In this document: positions 1-10,005 of the stretch, one piece after another
Position numbering within the stretch: position 1 is the stretch's first letter
Layout: each line of letters begins with the position of its first letter
Assembly: GCA_004431415.1 (NCBI GenBank)
Contig: QPMI01000112.1
Span: 1-59,637 of the forward strand
Source of the DNA: Cyanophora paradoxa CCMP329
Taxonomy: Eukaryota; Plantae; Glaucophyta
DNA: 59,637 bases
Direction: 5' to 3'
Notes under the pieces: model-generated
The model's database searches: none
Told to the model about the DNA's origin: nothing
Seen by the model: only the letters and a program-made list of their open reading frames with translations
Made by a program: the position numbers and the translations under genes

Positions 1-144
1 TTGCTGTCATGATCACCTCCAAAAGAAAGATCTAAATCCGCTGTACAACAATGCGACTGTAGGCGAGCATGCGAATGGAAGTGACGCAGCAACTCAAACA
101 CTCCTGCAAGACATGAGGCCATTATCAGAGGTCTCGGCAAATAA

Positions 145-993
145 TTAGGGATATTCTCTACGGGGCAGTATCCTGTCCGAAAATGGGGAAGTACCTATTA
201 GTGCCGTAGTACTCCGCATAGGTATTCTGCCTTGCGATAGCATCGGTTCTTCTGCATAGAGAATGCATTTATAAATACCGAATTTTGTAGCTCTCACCAA
301 GAACTGGTAGTCTTCAAGGCCGAAATTTACACCATGATAAGCGATCCCGAAATTATCATATGGAGTAATCACCACAGCAATGTTTGGGGTTCCACCCTCT
401 ACTTGACAAACAGCGTAGACGTCTGGAGGGATATCAACAACCACCTTGTAGTGGTCACCAATTTCCACAAGAGAATCAACTACTGATGTCTGCTCATTAA
501 CAACGATTGGGAAGATCTTTATAATATATGGTGCATTCATACTTGGCAAATAGGTTCGAATTCTCGTGTTAGGATCAATAGGGTTTGGTTGATCATTAAC
601 AAAGAGAGGAGCACCAACAGCAGCTCCACCAACCCGCAAACCATCACCAATATATGCTCCCCCGTCTTGCAGTTAATAGCTCCTGACCTAGACTCGAAGA
701 ATAAGTCGAAAGAGGGGCGCCATAACTGTCTGGATCACCATAAATGGGCACTAAAATTCGCATTAGTTACAAGTAATTTCGTGGTCTTAACTATACCATT
801 ATTTTTATCGCACCTGAGTTCCTGCAATCTCAGTTTATGGGTGGAACCGAAGGTGTTCATCGTAGGTTGAACCTCTGTTGATTGCAGACCTTCTACATCA
901 TCGAAAGTAGCATGCTGCAGAACGTGGTTAGCTGGTGCAGCTAATGAAAGCTGTGCTGTAACAATACGCTCAATTGGAGGTGGTTCAGGCCAT
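145..993 (-). CDS. Fibre/spike-like paralog A (frameshifted; shared N-terminal domain plus unique C-terminus)
   Basis: Reconstructed across indels: (M)PEPPPIERIVTAQLSLAAPANHVLQHATFDDVEGLQSTE...NTFGSTHKLRLQELRCDKNNGIVKTTKLLVTN...GGAYIGDGLRVGG, continuing into ORF 145..639. N-terminus aligns by eye with paralogs B and C. Confidence 0.6.
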
Positions 994-1016
994 TTATATA
1001 AACATATATATATATT

Positions 1017-1854
1017 TTAGGGAGTGGGGTCATCGATCACATCTGGTTCCTGGTAAAACCCTGATACTGAAAGAGTATCAGGAGTAACACCTCTGAGAAC
1101 TGAAACAGCTGCTATATCTGTTCTCAAACCGATAATTGTTATAGTATATTTGCCAATGTCTGTAACAAACAAATCGTAAGTGAAATTATTGTTATAACAC
1201 AGAAGCCTGTGCCGAAATGATCATATCCTGCACACTGAAATAGTACCTGTGACCTGGCTGGTTGTTGTTGCTCTACATAAAGAGAGCATGGCGTTTGGAA
1301 TGGCGAGACCTCTCATTACTCTTTTGGTTCCTTCAATTAGTTCAGAGGTTGCAAGTGTAACTGTATAACCTACGTAAATTGAACAAATGGTTGCTGTGCA
1401 ACAGGTGTATATAATCTAATACGCTGTGGATTCTCTACATTTTGATCGAGAGTATCAGGGACATCATTAAACGAAACAGATGAAGAGAGTTGACCGGATA
1501 CACGGCAACCTCCACCAATAAAAGCACCGCCTGAACGAATTGTAGCAGCAGCAGTGTTTTTATCGAAATCAAGAGCTTTCAGATTTACACTGTAAGCATC
1601 AGGGCCTCCATTGGTAGTTGAAAGAAGTTGCATTAGTCACAAGAAGTCGAGTTGTTTTAACCACACCTGAGTTTTTGTCGGCTCGAAGTTCTTTAACTCG
1701 AATAATCGAATTCTTATCAAAGGAGTTACCATTGGAATTGGTCTCTCTGTGGATTCTAATCCACGAACCTCATCATTTACTTCATGCTGGCGAAAGTGCA
1801 TAGCAGGGGATCCAAGGAATATATTGGAAGTTGAACTCGATTATATTCACCCAT
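1017..1854 (-). CDS. Fibre/spike-like paralog B (frameshifted)
   Basis: Reconstructed: MGEYNRVQLPIYSLDP.AMHFRQHEVNDEVRGLESTE...NSFDKNSIIRVKELRADKNSGVVKTTRLLVTN...GGAFIGGGCRVSG (includes ORF 1370..1633); ends ...DDPTP* at 1017. Confidence 0.6.
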
Positions 1855-1984
1855 TGCTTCTTTTACTAAGAAGGAAAGAAAAATAAACGACTTTCAAGAA
1901 GGACATGCAAGATACATGCCTTTCTTATGCATGATCTATGAAAAATAACAATAACCCATCTCTCATTCTTCGAATTCGAGTTCT

Positions 1985-2248
1985 TTACATAGGAGCACTC
2001 ACAGGAATTTCGCTTGCCTTTCGAACAGTCCCCCTTGCAAACGCTTGCTCTACAATCGCTTCCTTTGTGAGTGGAATCGGAATTCCAGCGGCAATACACG
2101 ATTTAACTTCTTTGTCCACAATCTCATCAATCGCAATTCTCGCCCGATTATGAGCAGCATTATCGATCCAATCCTGAACAGAGTAGGCACAGTATTCCAT
2201 TCCCAGTTTTTCAGTATCAGTTAGAACCACTTGGTAGATGTTCGACAT
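1985..2248 (-). CDS. Small protein resembling phage tail-fibre-associated (chaperone-like) proteins
   Basis: Intact 87-aa ORF (LTDTEKLGMEYCAYSVQDWIDNAAHNRARIAIDEIV) directly downstream of the C1q-bearing fibre. From memory it resembles small genes that follow C1q-headed tail fibres in marine phages; not verified by search. Confidence 0.55.
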   Translation of the reverse strand: MSNIYQVVLTDTEKLGMEYCAYSVQDWIDNAAHNRARIAIDEIVDKEVKSCIAAGIPIPLTKEAIVEQAFARGTVRKASEIPVSAPM

Positions 2249-2268
2249 TTATTATAGCAAACATTTTA

Positions 2269-3222
2269 TTATACTGCATAAATTAATGCAACACAGAAAC
2301 TCTGTTGACTTGCGATAATTGATGCTGTCCCTTGGGACACAGCAACATCAAAGTAATCGCCCGAATTGGCTTTAAATGTTGCACAAGGGCTTCCTCCTTG
2401 TGTTGAAGTTGTTTTTATACTCAAAGACTTAAAAATGTAGATGAACCGTTGTGTCGACACACAACATCACAGGTAGATGAATCAGCATATGCACCAAAAG
2501 ATACAACATACATCCCAGCCACAGGGCATGTGAAAATACCAGTAGCTGAATTATAGCATCCCCAACATTGTAGTAAATGTTTGCCCATTTGATCACCTGA
2601 CCAGCTGTATAAGCAGTAGATGTTGCATGATAAACACGACATGATGGGTAAAAATTAGCCTTCAAATATTTAGTATCCGCCAAACTGAGACCAGAAGTTG
2701 TGATGGTGGCTATCGTTGTATTATTTCGCTTCAAAACTATATCAGAATCTGCTCCTGAATCGACAGAAGTTGTTTTCACTCCACCATTTCCTGTCAAGAG
2801 ACCTGAAAACGTCCCAGTGGTTGCACTCACAGCCCCATAAGAAGTCGCTGTCACTGTCCCATTCACACTCAGTCCAGTCCCAATCCATGCCCCACCACTG
2901 TAAACTTGAAAAGCCGCCGAATTCCTATCAGCCGGATTAAAAGCCGTTTTGGAATCCTGTTGACCTTCATATAGATTTTCTTTGGTGACCAGCCCGAAGA
3001 GATTGCGGGTCGATTAGATACGATCATTTGAGTAGCTTTAACGACTCCATCAGCCTTGTCAGCTCGGAGTTCTTTGACTCTGAGTATGCTTTGGTCATTA
3101 AAAGAATCGGTTTTCGCTGTCTCAGTCGAAGGGTGGCTTGGAGATAAATCATAAACAGTGTGTTGGACATTGTGGACAGCACTTGCACTCAAAGAAAACA
3201 CAGGCGTGAATACAGTTGTCAT
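2269..3222 (-). CDS. Fibre/spike-like paralog C with C-terminal C1q/TNF-like head (frameshifted)
   Basis: N-terminus MTTVFTPVFSLSASAVHNVQH...SFNDQSILRVKELRADKADGVVKAT...GGAWIGTGLSVNG. C-terminus across one frameshift reads IKWANIYYNVG.CYNSATGIFTCPVAGMYVVSF...GDYFDVAV...SFCVALI, the C1q-domain signature. Confidence 0.7.
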
Positions 3223-3249
3223 CTTTAAATTGCTCTTTATAATTACGTG

Positions 3250-6200
3250 AGAATATTATTGTTTTGGAGAGGTCGACAGCAATCCAATGGAGTTTAAGGG
3301 TTCTTTCGTTTTGGGGCACATTCGTATAATTGATGTCCGAGTAACAAGTAAATATAGCAATCCAAGTGAATTTATTTTTGAAACCAACACGGTTCCCACT
3401 CACAAATTCAGCGGAGATATATATGCTGTTTGTAAAATTGACACTTGTTAAGATAATATCATTTTCGAGAGTAGCATTAACTATTGGATCACTATTATAT
3501 GGGGTAGAAATGTAACGGTTCCCGATACTGTGGTAAAATCCCTTTGTAATAGACTCCGGCAGGAATGACTACATTCGCTGTCCCCTGTTGCACATATGCA
3601 TTTGCATTCACATAATTACCGAAATTCGTAAGCAACTCTATGCTGTGATTGTGAGTAGGTGGCGAAGTGGTGTGTTAATTAAATCGTCATAGTTCCCGCT
3701 TGTAGCCACAGCATGCAAGTTTGGTGTATTAACGAGATCATTATAGTTTCCACTTGTAGCCACAGCATGCAAGGTCGGTGCAGTAGGGGTGTTAGTTAAA
3801 TCATTGTAGTCACCACTTGTAGCCACAGCATGCAAATTCGGTTTAGTAAATAGTCTATCCCATGTCCCATTGAAAGGGAGTGTAGATTCTGATATAATTA
3901 CACTTTGATCAATCCAACGAGGTATATAAGTGGTGAAATCGGGAATTCTTGATAAATCATAGTAATCACCTGTGAATGCTACACTACTCCAAGTTGGCTT
4001 CTCCGTAATATCAGTCCATTTACCACTAATCCTGCCGGGACATCTGTGAGTTCTTTGTAGCTCACCTTTTGCTTTGGTATGGAGAGTTCAATGGGCGAAA
4101 ATGCACCTGAAAGGTATTCTCAGAAGAGAAATACATGAGATTATGGCTGTTTGGGAACACATCTACAAGATTAAAGGTGAAATTCGTTGGTAATTCGACT
4201 CTACTAATTGGAGTGTTTGCATCTAATATATATTCAGCACCTGGGTGAACAACAGGAAATGTCTGAGCATTTGGAGTATCAACAAGGAAATTCGGAGCAT
4301 GAACATCACCTGTGACAGTTCCACCAGTGAGAGGAAGGTAAGCACCCTCCACAGCAATTCCTGCGATGATTGTTGCTCCATTGTCTCTCAGATAATCCTC
4401 TGTTACCACTCTTGATATGGTCTCATTGTGAATATTCTTTGCTGCTGCCCTCTGATTAATTTCTAAAACTCCCTCACCAACTCCACCATTATAATTCGTT
4501 TTAATCCATGCAACCTCGCATTGTTTATAGTCATCTCGGTTCCCAAAAGTGCATCTGGTAACAATCTCTCTCTGCTGAATATTAATTTCGGTCTTGATGA
4601 ATCTAAATCACTCACATCAGTAACATTAATTTGGATTGCTGCGTTTTTATCATCATAGTTTGCTGGATCAGATGGTAGAGAGATCAATCCTCCTGTCATT
4701 GGGATGTCATCTGCATAGTAGCTGGTAAGATAGATACCTGGTTTGGTGTCTTTAATTTCAATACCACCACCAAGTCCCAATATTCCATTTCTTGTAGGGG
4801 GTCTAATGTATAATTCGCCTTCCATTGTGGTGCCTGCATCGATTCCTTTGCGATTCACATAGTAATCATTTAATTGTAATCTTTCTGGTGTGTCTATATT
4901 TTGGTAGAGACTTACCCCATTGTTAATATCTCCTAGTAAAACATTACCTGCTGATGCAAAAGTGGGCTGCTCTCGTATTTCGCTCCAAATATGTAAATGG
5001 TCTTCCGGCGGAAACTCAGGTGGTATTCCATCAATATCGCCCCAATCATGCCTGTGATCTTCAGGTGGATATTTTTCAGGTTTACCTAAGATCTCATCCC
5101 AGTCATGGTTGTGATCCTCTGGTGGATATCTCGCGGGTTTATTGTTGATCTGCTCCCAGTCAAGGTACATCTCAAAAATCTCAGGTTGTAAACCATCTGG
5201 CAATAATTCCTCATGGTGTTCATAAGGCTGCGCATACTCAACAGCAGGAGGCTCGAGGCCATCTGCTAAATAATCCTCGTGGGGTTCATAGTTCTGTTCA
5301 TACTCATACTCTTGTGGATCTAAACCATCGGTAAATACTCTTCCTCATTGGGGTCATATTGATCATATTCATACTCTTGCGGGTCGAAACCGTCAGGTAA
5401 ATACTCTTCCTCATCTGGGACAAATTGGTATTCTTCAAGCTCTAATATATCGATTTCAGGAGGTAAATACTGTTCATCTATTTGCTTTTTCGGTTCGAAG
5501 ATAGGTTTATTGCGAACTTGCTCCCAACTGACAATATGTTGACCGAAAGGAACTGTTTCATCAGCAACTCGCTCTCGACCTGGGCCGTCCGGGGTTGGCG
5601 GCTTCGGTAGCCCTGGAAGAGGTGGTATAGGTGGTATAGGGACAATAGGTCCGAAGTAGTAGTTGAAAATGTTGATCACCTCCTCTTCAGTGCTAACCTT
5701 CTTACCATCCTGATAAATATTTGTTCCATGAATATTTCGCCACTGCCTGGTGCGGAGCCCTAGATCGTAGCTGTCATGCAACGCAGGGAGCAGGTGCCTG
5801 TCAGCTTCAATCAGGATAGAGCCCAAGGTGCATCCAGGAATATCTAACCTGGTGGCTGGCTCAGTATCGATTTGATTTACATCAAAACCGTATAAAATAT
5901 TCGCTTCTCGTGCAGCTGTAAAAAGTAGATCCCAGGGAAACGGCTGGATTTGCGATGCTAGCACTGATATTCCAGCAGGCGCAGCGTCGCTGTGCGGAGC
6001 ACAAGTGGCTCCTTGCCTTCGGCTTGTCTGCGACTCTTCGCCAAGGAGAATTCGCCCTGTAATGTGAGCCGCAGTCTTGTTTGTGACAGCATTGGATTCA
6101 TCAATTAGACGTAGAGCTGATGTGTGGACCCCTCTATCATTTTGGAGCCTAAGATTAATCTACCAGAATCATATTTGGAAACTGTGCCTGAGGAGGCAAT

Positions 6201-6473
6201 TCGCAGGTGCCGCGGCAACGCCCTGGATCCGATTATTTCAGCAACATAATTCTCAGCTGGACCCAGACAAAATCTCTGTGCAATATCTGGGGCGCCAACA
6301 TGTGCGTTGCGCAGAATTAATGCAGCTGGGCGATTAAACTCAGTCTGGTGTATATCTTTGTCAGCATTGTAGTCAATTAGAGTACTCCCAAATACGCGAA
6401 TATTTATATGCCGATCATCCACAAAATCTGGAGCTTTACGAAGTGGTACTGGCTTCTTCAAGATGTAGGACAT
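3250..6473 (-). CDS. Large repeat-rich fibre/tail-like structural protein (multiple frameshifts; 3' end approximate)
   Basis: Colinear ORFs 6105..6473, 5320..5964, 4463..5203, 4062..4409, 3638..3835 and 3149..3403. Motifs typical of phage/giant-virus fibres: LLPALHDSYDLGLRTRQW, HxHDWxxIxxKP repeats, LHAVATSGxYxDLxNTP repeats, terminal LHWIAV. Confidence 0.65.
3670..3840 (-). repeat. Three coding repeats LHAVATSG(D/N)Y(N/D)DLxNTP
   Basis: DNA core cttgtagccacagcatgcaa occurs three times (~3699, ~3753, ~3816). Confidence 0.85.
4960..5430 (-). repeat. Coding repeats: acidic EEYLPDG(F/L)xPxxYEY units followed by HxHDWxxIxGxPxxYPPED units
   Basis: Visible in ORFs 5320..5964 and 4463..5203 and the sequence between them. 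Confidence 0.75.
5978..6037 (-). repeat. 60-bp structured element, copy 1 (in frame inside the large fibre gene)
   Basis: Reverse complement AGAGTCGCAGACAAGCCGAAGGCAAGGAGCCACTTGTGCTCCGCACAGCGACGCTGCGCC; reads ESQTSRRQGATCAPHSDAA in the fibre frame. Confidence 0.85.
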
Positions 6474-6497
6474 TTTTATATAAGCCCCCTTTTAAAA

Positions 6498-7982
6498 ATG
6501 AAGGTCATTCTCTCACTATCAGGTGGAGGTGCTCGTGGCATAGTCATTGCCCGAATTCTACAGCGGATCGAGGCGATTACTGGGAAAGCAATTCCACAGC
6601 TGTTTGATTTCTTTGCAGGCACCTCAACAGGGGCAATAATAGCGGCCGGTTTGGCTATCCCATCAACTCCAGGCTCTGTTCTCGCTTATCGATATTCTGC
6701 AGGTGATATCTTCAGTTTATATCAAACGAACCTACCTGTAATATTCGCAAATCCGAGATCACTCACAAGCTTGCTCTCAGGAAGCCGCTATGATGGAAAC
6801 CCTCTGGAGTCGGTGCTCACAGACGTTGCCCTAGACTACACAATTGCAGAATCGACCAAAGACATATTAATTACAGCGTTTGATACAGTTCGGATGCAGC
6901 CCGTAGTTTTCACCAAAGATGGGCCATACTCGAGCACGCTGATTCGTGATGCAGTTAGAGCATCTTCTGCAGCGCCAACATTCTTTCCACCGAAGGTTCT
7001 AGGAGACAAAAACCTTGTTGATGGGGCCATCGCCTGTTTAAATAATCCCTCAGTTGCAGCGCTAAGCCACGCCAGCAAAATTTATGATGCAGAGGATCCA
7101 ATTGTTCTTGTGAGCATCAGCTGTGGTGAGGTCCAAGCCAGTGAGCAACTGACTGCAGGCTTTTCGAATGCGGAGACGTCAGGCTGGGGCGCCCTGGGCT
7201 GGATCTTATCCCTCTCAGGCAGCCCAATTATTTCTATGCTAATGGCTGGGAGCGAGCTGGAATCGCACTTTCAAATGCAGGAGCTGCTTCCAGTTGATGC
7301 AGATAGAAATTTAACTAGATACTGGCGTTTAAGTGTTCCGCTGCCAGCTGCAGTTATGAGCAAGCTTGATGATGCCTCCCCTTCGAATATTTCTTATTTG
7401 ATTTCCACGACTGATTTATGGCTGAAACAAACCGAAATAAATGCTAAAATAAATGCACTCTGCAGCTTTCTACTGGCGAACTACGACCTACTGAACGATG
7501 AGAGACTTATCATATCGTCTACCTTAACAGTTGAGCCGCCATTTGATGTCAACTGGTTTATAATTCCAGATGCAAACATCACAAGCAACGACTTTGAGGA
7601 ATTGCACCCACCTTCTCACGTTCGACCTAACTCAACAGGGTTCCAAGGGGGCACTTTACCTAATCCCTGGATCAAAGTCGAGTTTCCTAAGCCTTTTGAG
7701 CTACATCAAATAATTATGTATGGGCCAGCCTTTGCCGCCGGAGTCCTATTTAATTTCAGCATTCTGACCAATTTAGGATATTTACGAGACGGGTCACTAT
7801 TTGAAAATACGGTCCTAGCCAATGTGCTTGCTGCAAACCCATCTATGACAGGCTTCGATATAATGCATAGTGACTCGCACTTGATCACCCCACAGGTGTA
7901 TAACTATGTGCAAATTATAACAAACGAATTTATAAATGTGAACGCGTTCCGGCTTGATTTCCGGGGACGTTACCTAAACTAG
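6498..7982 (+). CDS. Patatin-like phospholipase with C-terminal beta-sandwich (discoidin-like) extension
   Basis: LSLSGGGARG oxyanion motif, FAGTSTG nucleophile elbow, ASSAAPTFF, LVDGA catalytic Asp, NNP; C-terminal PWIKVEFPKPFELHQI...FRLDFRG. Confidence 0.9.
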   Translation: MKVILSLSGGGARGIVIARILQRIEAITGKAIPQLFDFFAGTSTGAIIAAGLAIPSTPGSVLAYRYSAGDIFSLYQTNLPVIFANPRSLTSLLSGSRYDGNPLESVLTDVALDYTIAESTKDILITAFDTVRMQPVVFTKDGPYSSTLIRDAVRASSAAPTFFPPKVLGDKNLVDGAIACLNNPSVAALSHASKIYDAEDPIVLVSISCGEVQASEQLTAGFSNAETSGWGALGWILSLSGSPIISMLMAGSELESHFQMQELLPVDADRNLTRYWRLSVPLPAAVMSKLDDASPSNISYLISTTDLWLKQTEINAKINALCSFLLANYDLLNDERLIISSTLTVEPPFDVNWFIIPDANITSNDFEELHPPSHVRPNSTGFQGGTLPNPWIKVEFPKPFELHQIIMYGPAFAAGVLFNFSILTNLGYLRDGSLFENTVLANVLAANPSMTGFDIMHSDSHLITPQVYNYVQIITNEFINVNAFRLDFRGRYLN

Positions 7983-8891
7983 AAATTGCAGTTCACCAGA
8001 CCAAGGCAGGCCATTCAGAGAGACGTCATCACCATCTCTGTCGACAATGCGCAGTCGCAGAGAGGTCAGCACCAGGCGCTCTTCGATGTGGATCCACTCG
8101 CCGTCATTTTCCTGATTTATATAAACGAACTTGCCAACATCCTGGCTCATCTGGATTCGAGCGAGCCCGTAATTACACATTGATTTAGCCCCACGGCGAA
8201 GCTTCGAAGCAAACGGCCGTAGCTCTTCGCAGACAAGGAAGAGGTACTGGTCGCTGTTCATGTCGATTATCTTTGGAAATTCGACGGCGTAACCAAGTGC
8301 TATACTCTGCATTCTTCCGGTGAAATCCACGCCGTACTCAGGGTGAGCAGGTGTCACTGGAATGCCAGCAACCTCTAGATACCGCTCAGCTGCAGTTGCT
8401 GGTCTTTGCGGCCCTTCAAGCACAATAGGAGACAGCTGGAGGGGCTCATTTCGGTTCAGCCCGAGCAGATTCGATAAGGCTTTGAACTGGCAGGTCAGTG
8501 TGCAGGAACGGTTGCAATACGCAGACATTTTCAGCGTCTCTGGGTCTCGAAATAGTTTAAAATACGCAATTGAAATCCCTTCTAGCTCAATATTAAATGA
8601 TAGGCCAAAGTTGTAAATATCTGTTTCGCCCAGATTTGCAGTCGTAATTATGCCAGGCTCAAACACCTCCACGTTTTGCGTTCCAAGGTAGGGAAAGGTG
8701 ATGGAAAGATACTCAGCTTTAATGCTGGTGTAAAGGCTGTTTGCGAACTCACACTGGGTTAGTCGAACAGCAACTGGATTGATTATCGGTTCATTGATTT
8801 CGAGCACGAAGTTTGCCTCTGAATCGATTGGCCTTCTGTCTCTGCTGTCAAAGGTAAGCCTGGCGCAGCGTCGATGCTTGTCTTTGACCAT
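7974..8891 (-). CDS. Minor capsid (penton-like) protein 1
   Basis: LTFDSRDR...FVLEINEPIINPVAVRL..CEFANS N-terminus and LTSLRLRIVDRDG...LNGLPWSGELQF C-terminus, typical of single-jelly-roll minor capsid proteins of PLVs/NCLDVs; close to MCP. Confidence 0.7.
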   Translation of the reverse strand: MVKDKHRRCARLTFDSRDRRPIDSEANFVLEINEPIINPVAVRLTQCEFANSLYTSIKAEYLSITFPYLGTQNVEVFEPGIITTANLGETDIYNFGLSFNIELEGISIAYFKLFRDPETLKMSAYCNRSCTLTCQFKALSNLLGLNRNEPLQLSPIVLEGPQRPATAAERYLEVAGIPVTPAHPEYGVDFTGRMQSIALGYAVEFPKIIDMNSDQYLFLVCEELRPFASKLRRGAKSMCNYGLARIQMSQDVGKFVYINQENDGEWIHIEERLVLTSLRLRIVDRDGDDVSLNGLPWSGELQFLV

Positions 8892-8918
8892 TTTTATTCT
8901 CTAACTGATATAAAAAAG

Positions 8919-9875
8919 ATGCCTACGGACTACGTCTGCATTGCAAGTCACCAAGCGGAGGAGCTGACATCCACCTCGAAATTTAAAGTAAGACTGCCTA
9001 AAGTTTATCAGGATGTGAAAGCCGTGCGCTTGGTATCAGCTGAGATCCCCAACACTATGAGCACAATCGATGTACTCGATCCGGCAGAGGATTTAGTCTT
9101 TAACACCTATATATATTGGTGCAAATATGATCCCACTAATGAAGGACCCGACCCACCTCAGGCCGGATTTGGAGCGTGGAATAACATTGCAATTCCACCT
9201 GGAAATTACGACGTCACCTCGCTTGTGACAGAGATAAACGAAAGGTTGACGGGAACAGGTATCACGTGCACGTATAATTCAGCGATCAAATTAATAGGGT
9301 TCACAGCTAACTTCGAGTTCTTTATTGCTCTGATGTTGCCAACGAACCAGGGTGGGCGGGAAGTCAGAAACTACCAGGCCGTTGCAAGGGCTCAGCGAAC
9401 TGCAAAGCTTCTAGGGCTGAGATCAATTCTACCGATTCGGTCAAAGACATTATCTATAAATACTGAATATATAGCAGGCGCTTATGAGCCTGATGTCACT
9501 CCTGATGATCATGTGCTCCTACGAATTCCTGAAATTGGTGACCTTGTCAGTATGCCGAACACGTCAATACCTGGCTTCTTCTCGAAGCTGAGCATTCCAA
9601 GCGTCCTTCGTCCAGGCGAGATAGCATACTATGATTCAACTGAAGCACATCCTTTGTACAAGTATATTTATTCAAAGCTGGACCTCTACTCTGTGACTAT
9701 TGAGATTTACGATTTTATGCAGCGAATTGCTGATTTAAATGGAGGTCCTGTCTCATTTATACTCGAAATTCGTTATGGCCCAGATGAACCCAATGGCGAT
9801 GTTGTCTACGAGCTCGCCAAGCTTCAGCTCCAGAAAAGGTCAAAGACATATCCTTGGATCAATTCGTCAAACTGA
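8919..9875 (+). CDS. Minor capsid (penton-like) protein 2
   Basis: FKVRLPKVYQDVKAVRLVSAEIPNT, IPPGNYD, DLNGGPVSFILEI; immediately upstream of MCP. Confidence 0.75.
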   Translation: MPTDYVCIASHQAEELTSTSKFKVRLPKVYQDVKAVRLVSAEIPNTMSTIDVLDPAEDLVFNTYIYWCKYDPTNEGPDPPQAGFGAWNNIAIPPGNYDVTSLVTEINERLTGTGITCTYNSAIKLIGFTANFEFFIALMLPTNQGGREVRNYQAVARAQRTAKLLGLRSILPIRSKTLSINTEYIAGAYEPDVTPDDHVLLRIPEIGDLVSMPNTSIPGFFSKLSIPSVLRPGEIAYYDSTEAHPLYKYIYSKLDLYSVTIEIYDFMQRIADLNGGPVSFILEIRYGPDEPNGDVVYELAKLQLQKRSKTYPWINSSN

Positions 9876-9881
9876 GTCGCC

Positions 9882-9942
9882 AGAGTCGCAGACAAGCCGA
9901 AGGCAAGGAGCCACTTGTGCTCCGCACAGCGACCGCTGCGCC
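9882..9942 (+). repeat. 60/61-bp structured element, copy 2 (between minor capsid 2 and MCP)
   Basis: Identical to the reverse complement of 5978..6037 except for one extra C. Confidence 0.85.
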
Positions 9943-10005
9943 AAGCTGGCTCGCCGGCGGCTAAGCGCTGAATTATTTTCTTCCGTTTGAATTATAAACA
10001 CTTCA

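Noticed and set aside
145-6473. Diversity-generating retroelement acting on fibre heads
   Set aside because: No reverse transcriptase and no template/variable repeat pair with adenine-specific differences seen.
9882-9942. Hammerhead ribozyme
   Set aside because: A three-way fold is possible but the CUGANGA/GAAA core is absent.
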